Shown one piece after another: positions 53,301 to 64,000 of a stretch of DNA of 64,000 nucleotides. The stretch is from an uncultured Chloroflexia bacterium (GTDB taxonomy: Bacteria > Chloroflexota > Dehalococcoidia > DSTF01 > JALHUB01). The notes beneath the pieces were generated by a model. It worked only from the letters and a program-made list of their open reading frames with translations, searched no databases and was not told the DNA's origin. How positions within the stretch are numbered: position 1 is the stretch's first letter; each line of letters starts with the position of its first letter. The stretch covers positions 96,001 through 160,000 of the forward strand of contig CAVSBT010000017.1 in the NCBI GenBank assembly GCA_963726245.1, read 5' to 3'. The position numbers and the translations under genes were made by a program.

Positions 53301-54341
53301 TCAGCAGATCCGCGGCAACTGCTCGCCGCTCATCATGTCGACGATGCGCTCGCCGCCGATCCTGGTCTTCATCACCACGACGCCCGCGTGCTCGGCGGCC
53401 ACCCGGCCGATGAGGGCGGCGCGGGCCCCCAGGGGGTGCCGGCGCAACGTCTCCAGGGCGCGCGCTCCCTGTCCCTCGGCCACGATGGCCAGGAAGTTGC
53501 CCTCGTTGGCCACGTAGAGGGGGTCCAGGCCCAGGATCTCGCACACGCCCTCCACGTCGGCCGGGATGGGCAGGGGCTCCTCGTCGAGCCGGATGCCCAC
53601 GCCGCCGCGCCCCGCCATCTCGTTCAGCGCCGAGGAGACGCCGCCGCGGGTGGGGTCGCGCAGCATGTGGATGTCCAGCCCGGCCGCCGCCAGCGCCTCC
53701 ACCATCGGGTAGACGGGGGCGCTGTCGCTCCTGATCTCCGTCTCCAGCTCGATGCCCTCCCGCAGGGCCATGATGGCGATGCCGTGCAGCCCGATGGGGC
53801 CGCTGATCACGATCTCGTCGCCGGGGCGCAGCCGGTGCGGCCCCACGTCGAGGCCCGGCAGCACCGAGCCGATGCCGGAGGTATTGATGAAGACGCCGTC
53901 GCCCTTTCCCCTCTCGACGACCTTGGTGTCGCCGGTGACGACCTGCACCCCGGCCTCGGCCGCCGCCTCGCGGATGGAGACGATGACGCTCCAGAGCTCC
54001 TCCATGGGCAGCCCCTCCTCCAGGATGAGGCCGCAACTGATGAAGAGGGGCCGCGCCCCGCACATGGCGAGGTCGTTGGCCGTGCCGAAGACGGAGAGGC
54101 GGCCGATGTCGCCGCCCGGGAAGAAGAGCGGGTGGACCACGTGGGAGTCGGTGGTGAAGGCCAGGCGGCCGCCGTCCAGGGAGAGGATGGCGCCGTCGTG
54201 CAGGGGCTCCAGGAGCCGGTTCTCGAAGGAGGGGTAGAGCATCTTCTCGATAAGGTGCTGGCTGAGGCGGCCGCCGCCGCCGTGGGCCAGGAGCACCCGC
54301 GGGTACTCGCTGAGGGGTATCGGGCAGGTGAACTCGGTCAT
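53301..54341 (-). CDS. hypE: Hydrogenase maturation carbamoyl dehydratase
   Basis: [25 protein letters not shown] and C-terminal PRIC. Confidence 0.97.
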   Translation of the reverse strand: MTEFTCPIPLSEYPRVLLAHGGGGRLSQHLIEKMLYPSFENRLLEPLHDGAILSLDGGRLAFTTDSHVVHPLFFPGGDIGRLSVFGTANDLAMCGARPLFISCGLILEEGLPMEELWSVIVSIREAAAEAGVQVVTGDTKVVERGKGDGVFINTSGIGSVLPGLDVGPHRLRPGDEIVISGPIGLHGIAIMALREGIELETEIRSDSAPVYPMVEALAAAGLDIHMLRDPTRGGVSSALNEMAGRGGVGIRLDEEPLPIPADVEGVCEILGLDPLYVANEGNFLAIVAEGQGARALETLRRHPLGARAALIGRVAAEHAGVVVMKTRIGGERIVDMMSGEQLPRIC

Positions 54342-55438
54342 CGCCTCACCGCCTCCTGCCGCCGGTAGGCGTAGTAGGCGGCGCAGGCGCCTTCGGCGGA
54401 GACCATGGGCGCCCCCAGCGGGCGCTCGGGGGTGCAGTCCGTGCCGAAGGCCGGGCACTCGGGCGGCTTCTTCACCCCCTGGAGGACGAGGCCGCTGATG
54501 CAGACCTCCGCCTCCTGGCAGGTCATGTCCTGGAGGCCGAAGACGCGGGCGGCGTCGAAGCGGGCGTAGGCCTCGCGCAGGCGCAGGCCGCTGCGGGGGA
54601 TGAGGCCGATGCCCCGCCACTTGTGGTCCATCACCTCGAAGATCTCCGCCATGATGGCCTGGGCCTGGCGGTTGCCCTCCCGCCGCACCGAGCGCGCGTA
54701 CTGGTTCTCCACCTCGTGGCGGCCCTCCTCGAGCTGTGTGAGGAGCATGAGGATGCCCTGGAGGAGGTCCAGGGGCTCGAAGCCGGTGACCACGATGGGC
54801 ACCCGGCGCTCGCGGGCGATGGGCTCGTACTCGCAGTAGCCGGTGACGGTGCAGACGTGGCCGGGGGCCAGGAAGCCCTGCACCTGGTTGTCGGGCGAGG
54901 CGGCGATCAGCTCCACGGCCGGCGGCACCAGCACGTGGGAGGTGAGGACGAAGAAGTTGTCCAGGCCCTGGCGGTGGGCCAGCCAGACGGCCATGGCGTT
55001 GGCGGGGGCCGTCGTCTCGAAGCCGATGGCGAAGAAGATGACCTTTCGCTCCGGGTTCTGGCGGGCCAGCTTGACGGCGTCCAGCGGCGAATAGACCATG
55101 CGCACGTCGCCGCCCTCCGCCTTCACGCTCAGGAGGTCCTTCTCGCTGCCGGGGACGCGCAGCATGTCGCCGTAGGAGACGAAGATGACGTCCGGGCGGC
55201 CCGCCAGCGCCACCGCCTGGTCGATGGCCTCCACGGGGGTGACGCAGACGGGACAGCCGGGCCCGTGCACGAGGGTGACCGCCTCCGGCAGCATCTGGTC
55301 GATGCCGTAGCGGAGGAGGGTGTGGGTCTGGCTGCCGCAGACCTCCATGATGACCCAGGGACGGGTCACCACCGCCTCGATCCGGCGCAGCAGCCTCTTG
55401 GCCGCCGGGGCGTCGCGGTACTCGTCCAGGTACTTCAC
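54338..55438 (-). CDS. hypD: Hydrogenase maturation protein HypD
   Basis: [26 protein letters not shown] and [12 protein letters not shown]. Confidence 0.97.
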   Translation of the reverse strand: MKYLDEYRDAPAAKRLLRRIEAVVTRPWVIMEVCGSQTHTLLRYGIDQMLPEAVTLVHGPGCPVCVTPVEAIDQAVALAGRPDVIFVSYGDMLRVPGSEKDLLSVKAEGGDVRMVYSPLDAVKLARQNPERKVIFFAIGFETTAPANAMAVWLAHRQGLDNFFVLTSHVLVPPAVELIAASPDNQVQGFLAPGHVCTVTGYCEYEPIARERRVPIVVTGFEPLDLLQGILMLLTQLEEGRHEVENQYARSVRREGNRQAQAIMAEIFEVMDHKWRGIGLIPRSGLRLREAYARFDAARVFGLQDMTCQEAEVCISGLVLQGVKKPPECPAFGTDCTPERPLGAPMVSAEGACAAYYAYRRQEAVRR

Positions 55439-55671
55439 AGGGCCGCCTCTTCCATCTCTTGCAGGAGGCGGAACACGGACTGCGCCTCCTCGGCATCGAT
55501 GACGCTGATGGCGAAGCCGGCGTGGACTATCACGTACTCGCCCACCTGGGCCTCCGGCACCAGGTTCAGGTTCGCCTCGCGGACCACGCCGCCGAAGCGC
55601 ACCCGGGCCTGGCGCAGGCCCTGGGCGTCCTCTTCAATCGACAGGATTTCGCCGGGGATACCAAGGCACAT
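55435..55671 (-). CDS. hypC: Hydrogenase assembly chaperone
   Basis: MCLGIPG and VIVHAGFAI. Confidence 0.96.
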   Translation of the reverse strand: MCLGIPGEILSIEEDAQGLRQARVRFGGVVREANLNLVPEAQVGEYVIVHAGFAISVIDAEEAQSVFRLLQEMEEAAL

Positions 55672-55672
55672 C

Positions 55673-57937
<2,265 letters not shown>

Positions 57938-57938
57938 G

Positions 57939-58313
57939 CTAGCGCTCCAGCTCCAGGTGGCGGATCAGGCAGCCCGTATCGCCCTCGACCTGCACGCGGG
58001 CGGAGCCGCAGTGGGGGCAGCGGGCCAGCAAGTAATGGGCATCCAGCTCATGGTCGTCCGAAGGCTCGAACGAAGAATGGCGCCGGCAGTCGGCGCAGAA
58101 CAGCGAGGCGGCGGCCCTCACGGCGCGGACGGTGGCGTCCTTTCCCAGGCCTTCCCCGAGGGACTCCTTCACCCAGAAGGCGATGTTGTCGACGCTGCCG
58201 TGCACCAGGCCGCCGACCTCGATGTCGACGGCGACGATGCGCCGGGCGCCCTCGCGCTCCGCCTCGGCCTTCAGCCGCTTGGCGATCTCCTGGGCCAGGC
58301 TGAACTCATGCAT
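57939..58313 (-). CDS. hypA: Hydrogenase nickel metallochaperone
   Basis: N-terminal MHE; CADC...CPHC. Confidence 0.92.
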   Translation of the reverse strand: MHEFSLAQEIAKRLKAEAEREGARRIVAVDIEVGGLVHGSVDNIAFWVKESLGEGLGKDATVRAVRAAASLFCADCRRHSSFEPSDDHELDAHYLLARCPHCGSARVQVEGDTGCLIRHLELER

Positions 58314-58439
58314 GGCGGTGCTCCAGCAGCAGTCCTCCCACCCGGCGACGAGGGCAGGCAGCTACACCTCAAGCTGGGGCAAGAGCCCTAACGCAGTAGT
58401 ATAAGCGGTTCTTGGGCAATAAGCGCCCAGAGCCTCGGG

Positions 58440-60155
58440 CTATCCGCCGCCGGGCGCAGGAGTGGTGCGGGCGCGGACCTCGGCAGCGGCGCCGCTCCAG
58501 GGGGCAGAGGGTGGCCTCTTTGTCCCGCCGGCCCTTGAGCTCGGCGGAGGCCTTCTCCAGGGTGCGCGGGCTGACGGTGATGCGCAGGGGCATGCCCAGG
58601 AGGTCGGCGTCGTTGAACTTGACGCCGGGCGACTCCTCGCGGTCGTCGTAGAGCACGTCGACGCCGGCGGCCTGGAGGTCGGCGTAGAGGCGGTCGGCGG
58701 CCTCGGCGACGCCGGGGCGGTCGGTGTTCAGGGACACCAGGTGGGCGTCGAAGGGGGCCAGCGAGGCGGGCCAGATGATGCCCTTCTCGTCGTGGTTGGC
58801 CTCGACGACGGCGGCCAGCAGGCGCTCCAGCCCGATGCCGTAGCAGCCCATGACGGCGGGGCGGGCTACGCCCTGGCTGTCCAGGAAGGTGGCGCCGAGC
58901 TTCTCGCTGTAGACGGTGCCCAGCTTGAAGACGTGGCCCATCTCGATGCCCCGGTCGCGGCGCAGCTTCGAGCCGCAGGAGGGGCAGGGGTCGCCGTCGC
59001 GGGCCAGGGCGATGTCCGTCACCAGGTCGGCCGACCAGTCGCGGCCGTAGTTGACGTTGCGCAGGTGGGCGTCCGGCTTGTTGGCGCCGGCCACCAGGTT
59101 GGGCGACCCCGGCGCCGAGTCGTCGGCCACGATGCGCACGTTCTTGAGGCCCATCGGCGACGCGTAGCCGGCCACCAGGCCCGCCGCCTCCAGCTCGCGG
59201 TCGTCCATGAGGCGCAGCTCGTCGACGCCCAGGGCGTCGCGCAGCTTGGTCTCGTTGACGTCCAGGTCGCCGCGGATGGCCACGAAGACCGGCTGGCCGC
59301 CGGCGGAGTAGAAGACGGCCTTGCAGCGTCTTCCAGGGCGGGATGCTCAGGAAGTTGGCCAGGTCTTCGATGGTCTTGATGCCCGGCGTGGAGACTTCCT
59401 CGACCGGCAGGGGCTCTTCGGGCTCGGGCTGGCGCTTGCGGATCTCCGCCTTCTCCGTGTTGGCGGCGTAGCCGCAGCTCTCGCAGAGCACCACCTCGTC
59501 CTCGCCGACGTCGCAGAGGTACATGAACTCCTGGTTGTCGCGGCCGCCGATGGCCCCCGAGTCGGCCTGGACGGCGACGGTCGGCACGCCGCAGCGGTCG
59601 AAGATGTTCTTGTAGGCCTGGAGCATCTTCTGGTAGCTCACGTCCAGGCCCTCCCAGTCGACGTCGAAGCTGTAGAGGTCCTTCATCGTGAACTCGCGCA
59701 GGCGGATGAGGCCGCCGCGGGGGCGCGGCTCGTCGCGGAACTTGGTCTGGATCTGGTAGATCATGACGGGCAGGTCGCGGTAGCTCTGGACGTGGCGCTT
59801 GAAGAGCTCCACGGTGATCTCCTCGTGGGTGGGGCCGAGCGCCAGGTAGCGGTCGCGGCGGTCCTTGAGGACGAACAGGTTGTCGCCGAAGGCCTCGTCG
59901 CCTGCCGGAGGCCTCCCAGATCTCGATGGGCTGGAGGGCGGGCATCATGAGCTCCTGGCCGCCGGCGGCGTCCATCTCCTCGCGGATGATCTGCTCGATC
60001 TTGCGCAGGACGCGCCAGCCCAGCGGCAGGTAGCTGTAGATGCCGGCCGCCAACTGCTGGACGAGGCCGGCCCGCAGGAGGAGGTGGTGGTTGGCGGTGT
60101 CGGCCTCCGCCGGGGCCTGGCGCAGCGTCTTGCCGAAGAGGCTTGAGAGGCGCAT
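58440..60155 (-). CDS. proS: Proline--tRNA ligase with INS editing domain (apparent indels ~59900, ~59325, ~58495)
   Basis: [50 protein letters not shown] and MGCYGIG. Confidence 0.96.
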
Positions 60156-60194
60156 AGATAGCTCCTGGGCCCTGCTAAGAGGGCCCTCAGCAGC

Positions 60195-60223
60195 AGGATA
60201 GGGCAGGCGTTAGGGGGGGTCAA
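60195..60223 (-). promoter_or_regulatory. Putative sigma70 promoter of proS
   Basis: Minus strand TTGACC-17-TATCCT, ~40 nt upstream of the ATG. Confidence 0.55.
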
Positions 60224-60381
60224 GCTAGAGTGCCTGCGGCGCCTGGTTCACGAGCCACGGCGGAGTATCCAGCCTACGGGGCCAGGCATGGACAGCACAG
60301 GGCTGACGGGCGAACGGCTCGCGACACGACCCGGTGCAGACCATTTGCGAACAGACAGAGTGGGTGTAAAATAGCGCCGTC

Positions 60382-61725
60382 ATGGAGCCACGCATCCAGT
60401 ACGCCAGGACCACTGACGGGGTGAGCATCGCCTTCTGGACGCTGGGGCAAGGGCCACCCGTCGTGCAGATGGGGCTTCCGTTCAGCCATATCCAGTTGGA
60501 GTGGCAGGACCCCGGGTGGCGCCGCTGGTACGAGCGGCTGGCGGAGAGGCGGAAGCTGGTCCGCTACGACGGGAGGGGGTCGGGCCTTTCGGACCGCAAC
60601 GTGGCCGACTACTCCCTGGACGCCCATATGCGGGACCTCCAGGCGGTGGTGGAACGCCTGGGCGTGCAGAGATTCGCTCTAGTCAGCCCTCACATGGCAT
60701 GCGTGGTCGCCGTCGCCTGCGCGGCCCGCTACCCGGAGGCCGTATCGCACCTCGTGCTGTGGTGCGCCTGGGGACTAGGCCCCCGAGGCCGCGCACAGGT
60801 ATTCGGGACGCTGAGAGAGGGGGACTGGGAGCTATACACGGAGGCATTGGCGCATGCCGGGTTGGGATGGTCGGCGGGTGAGGAAGCGCACCGCATAGCT
60901 GCCTTCATGCGGGAATGCGTGACGGCAGAAGCGGCACGCGCCATCTTCAGCGCGCTTGCGCGGTTTGATGTCGCGGCCGTCCTTTCGCAAGTGACGTCGC
61001 CCACCTTGATACTCCAGCGTCGCCAGGTCGCGGCGCTTCCCGGCGTGGAGATCGCCAAGGATCTTGCCTCCGGAATTCCGGACGCCCGCCTGGCCCTCCT
61101 GGAGGGGGCGTCGCTCTTGCCGTGGGTAGGCGACATGGAGGCGGTGCTGGCGGCCATCGACGAGTTCCTGGGGGATACCGAGCCGGCCCCAGCGGGAGCC
61201 GAACAGCACGCGGCAGGCGCTTTTCGCACCGTCCTGTTCACCGACGTGGAGGGGTCTACAAGCCTAACCCAGCGGCTCGGCGACGCGAAGGCGCGGGAGC
61301 TGTTGCGTGAGCATGGGCGCATCGTACGCGAGGCGCTGCGGGCCCACGGCGGCTTCGAGGTGAAGACCATGGGCGACGGCTTCATGGCCTGCTTCACCTC
61401 CGCGACGCGGGCGCTGGAGTGCGCCATCGCCATGCAGCGGGCGTTTGCCGAGCACAACGAGCCGGCGGCGGAGCCGATAAGGGTGCGTGTGGGGCTGAAC
61501 GCCGGCGAGCCGATTGAGGAGGAGAAAGACCTGTTCGGGACGGCGGTGATCCTGGCGGCGCGCATTGCGGCCCGGGCAGAGGGCGGTGAGATCCTGGCCT
61601 CGGACGTGGTGCGGCAGCTCGTGGCGGGCAAGGGCTTCCTCTTCTCCGATCGCGGCGATGTAGCCCTGCGCGGCTTCGAGGACCCGGTGCGGCTGTACGA
61701 GGTGCGCTGGGGGGAGGAGGGGTGA
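60382..61725 (+). CDS. Alpha/beta-hydrolase-fold + class III nucleotide cyclase (LipJ-like architecture), copy 1, degenerate active sites
   Basis: YDGRGSGLSDR; FRTVLFTDVEGST, EVKTMGDGFM, DLFGTAVILAAR and LRGFEDPVRLY. Confidence 0.9.
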   Translation: MEPRIQYARTTDGVSIAFWTLGQGPPVVQMGLPFSHIQLEWQDPGWRRWYERLAERRKLVRYDGRGSGLSDRNVADYSLDAHMRDLQAVVERLGVQRFALVSPHMACVVAVACAARYPEAVSHLVLWCAWGLGPRGRAQVFGTLREGDWELYTEALAHAGLGWSAGEEAHRIAAFMRECVTAEAARAIFSALARFDVAAVLSQVTSPTLILQRRQVAALPGVEIAKDLASGIPDARLALLEGASLLPWVGDMEAVLAAIDEFLGDTEPAPAGAEQHAAGAFRTVLFTDVEGSTSLTQRLGDAKARELLREHGRIVREALRAHGGFEVKTMGDGFMACFTSATRALECAIAMQRAFAEHNEPAAEPIRVRVGLNAGEPIEEEKDLFGTAVILAARIAARAEGGEILASDVVRQLVAGKGFLFSDRGDVALRGFEDPVRLYEVRWGEEG

Positions 61726-63114
61726 TGGAACAGCACATACGCTTCTGCACCAGCTCGGATGGGACGCGCATAGCCTACGCCACCGTGGGCCAGGGGTGGC
61801 CGGTGATCAGCATCCGCCCGTGGTTCACCCATTTAGAGTTCGAGTGGGAGAACTCGATGTGGCGGTCTTCCATCGAACGCCTGTCCGCACGTCATCTCCT
61901 GATTCGCCACGACGCGCGCGGCATGGGGCTATCCGACCACCAGGTGAGCGACTATTCCCCCGAAGCCCAGGTGCGCGACCTGGAAGCGGTGGTTGACGCC
62001 CTGGGCCTTGAACGCTTTGCCCTATACGGCATCTCCCAGGGCGGGGCAACGTGCATCACTTACGCCGTGCGCTACCCCGAGCGCGTTAGCCACCTGATAC
62101 TCCAGGGCTCGTTCGCCCGCATGGGGTGGTTTATTGACACAGAGGAGGGGCAGCAACGCTTCCAGACTGCCCTGAGCCTGATGCCGCAAGGATGGGGTTC
62201 GGATCTGCCTGCGTACCGGCAGTTCTTCACCAGCCTGTTCATGCCGGACGCGGACGCGGAGGCGATACGGCAGTTCAATGAGATGCAACGGATCTCCGCT
62301 TCGCCCGAGAATGCCGCTGCCGTGCTCTCAGCAATACGAGACACTGATGTGAGTGAGCTCCTATCGCAGGTGAGAGCGCCCACACTCGTGGTCCACTGTC
62401 GGGGGGACGCCATCGTGCCGTTTGAGGCGGGCCGGGAGCTCGCAGCCGGTATTTCGGGTGCCCGTTTCCTCCCTCTGGACAGCAAGAATCACGCTCTGCA
62501 GCCGCACGAGTCGGCAGCAGAGGCCTTAGGAAGAGCGGTGAACGAGTTCCTGGGCGAGGGCGAAGAGGTCGCCGCGGCGAGAGCCGAGTCGGCGGCGGCA
62601 GGCGCCTTCCGCACCGTCCTGTTCACGGACGTGGAGGGGTCGACGGCGCTGACCCAGCGGCTGGGGGACGCCAAGGCGCGCGAGGTGCTGCGAAACCACG
62701 AGCGCATCGTGCGGGAGGCGCTGCGGGCCCACGGCGGCTCCGAGGTGAAGACGCATGGGCGACGGCTTCATGGCCTCGCTTCTCCTCCGCGACGCGGGCG
62801 CTGGAGTGCGCCATCGCCATGCAGCGGGCCTTCGCCGAGCACAACGAGGCGGCGGAGCGAGCCCATGAGGGTGCGCATCGGGCTGAACGCCGGCGAGCCG
62901 ATAGCGGAGGACGAGGACCTGTTCGGCACGGCGGTGAACCTGGCGGCGCGCATCGCGGCCCGGGCAGAGGGTGGGGAGATCCTGGCCTCGGACGTGGTGA
63001 GGCAACTAGTGGCGGGCAAGGGCTTCCTGTTCTCCGACCGCGGCGATGTGGCGCTGCGGGGCTTCGAGGACCCGGTGCGGCTATACGAGCGTGCGGTGGC
63101 AGGAGGAGGGCTGA
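61725..63114 (+). CDS. Alpha/beta-hydrolase + class III cyclase, copy 2 (apparent +1 indels ~62756, ~62779, ~62858, ~63090)
   Basis: Manual translation: MEQHIRFCTSSDG, GISQGG, HCRGD, NH, FRTVLFTDVEGST and DLFGTAVNLAAR. TGATG overlap with copy 1. Confidence 0.88.
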
Positions 63115-64000
63115 TGGAACAGCAGATCCGTTTCTGTACCACATCCGACGGCGTTCGCATCGCCTACGCCACCGTGGGGCAGGGGCCACCCCTGGTCCGC
63201 GTCCTCGGCTGGTTCACCCACCTGGAGTTTGAATGGGAGAATCCTATCTGGCGGGGTTTCATCGATGGTCTATCCCGCCGTCTTTTCCTGGTTCGCTACG
63301 ATGGCCGGGGCATGGGCCTGTCCGATCGTGACGTAAAGGACTATTCCCTGGAGACCCATGTGCGTGACCTAGAAGCAGTGGTTGACGCCGTTGGTTTTGA
63401 GAAGGTCGCCATGTTAGGCTTCTCTCAGGGCGGGCCGGCAGCCATTGCTTACGCGGTACGCCATCCTGCGCGCGTCAGCCACCTCATACTCTATGGCTCG
63501 TTCGCTCGCCAGCGGGCCCTCGACACGGAGGAAGGCCGTCAACAGGCTGTGGCCATGGGGACGCTAATCCGCCAGGGGTGGGGCAGTGACTCGCCAGCGT
63601 ACCGCCAGTTCTTCACGGGCGTGTTCATGCCCGATGCCGACAGCGACACTATTCGAGGCTTCAACGAACTCCAGCGGGTCTCCGCCTCCGCCGACGATGT
63701 TGTGGCGCTTGCGGCTGCCGACCTGCGGATAGACGTCCGGGAACTCCTCCCGCAGGTAGCGCCACCCACATTGGTAATTCACCGTCGTGGTGATACAGCT
63801 ACCCCATTTGAGCTGGGTCGAGAGCTTGCCGCCGGCATCCCCGGGGCCCGCTTCCTCCCCTTGGACGGCAGGAACCACGCCTTCTTCGTGCCCAACGATC
63901 CTGTGAAGGAGACCATCTACAAGGCTATCGAAGAGTTCGTTGGCGTGGGTGGCGAGGCTGAGGCGGTAGCTGCTCCCTGGGGTCTCTGCACTATCCTCTT
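63114..64000 (+). CDS. Alpha/beta-hydrolase + class III cyclase, copy 3 (3'-truncated by window)
   Basis: MEQQIRFCTTSDG, YDGRGMGLSDR, GFSQGG, HRRGD and RNH; ends at GLCTIL(F), the start of the cyclase domain. Confidence 0.85.
   Translation, partial: MEQQIRFCTTSDGVRIAYATVGQGPPLVRVLGWFTHLEFEWENPIWRGFIDGLSRRLFLVRYDGRGMGLSDRDVKDYSLETHVRDLEAVVDAVGFEKVAMLGFSQGGPAAIAYAVRHPARVSHLILYGSFARQRALDTEEGRQQAVAMGTLIRQGWGSDSPAYRQFFTGVFMPDADSDTIRGFNELQRVSASADDVVALAAADLRIDVRELLPQVAPPTLVIHRRGDTATPFELGRELAAGIPGARFLPLDGRNHAFFVPNDPVKETIYKAIEEFVGVGGEAEAVAAPWGLCTIL

Noticed and set aside
60156-60381. T-box riboswitch upstream of proS
   Set aside because: No T-box motif or terminator, and the putative promoter leaves only a short leader.
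61725-64000. Copies 2 and 3 as one fused open frame
   Set aside because: An extra base at ~63090 (GAG C GTG) bypasses a TGATG junction of the same form as the one between copies 1 and 2.

Overview
High-GC bacterial chromosome segment, probably Chloroflexota/Dehalococcoidia-like. That is an inference from the pilin style, short EF-Ts, a type IV pilus locus without secretin, and tandem hydrolase-cyclases. Many genes, including essential ones, carry single-base indels, so most frameshifts are probably uncorrected long-read errors. In order: a MacAB-type ABC exporter; a complete retractile type IV pilus operon (pilin, pilB, pilC, minor pilins, pilO/M/N, pilD, pilT) containing an ~860-aa pilin fused via Pro/Thr stalks to phage-fibre-like domains; TauE, glucose dehydrogenase, gnd-like and glucoamylase genes; a trypsin-like lipoprotein; an internally duplicated GGDEF+HD-GYP sensor; the rpsB-tsf-pyrH-frr-uppS-cdsA-dxr-rseP-ispG cluster, where RseP carries two inserted LysM-like domains; an islet with Prx6 and a secreted Zn-phospholipase C-like protein; MarR; ModE with its box and tupABC; several enzymes; hypAFCDE without hypB; proS; and a tandem array of at least three alpha/beta-hydrolase-class III cyclase genes, the first catalytically degenerate. 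REP/REPIN-like palindromes occur between genes. No CRISPR, rRNA or transposase was seen. All family calls come from reading motifs, not from database searches.
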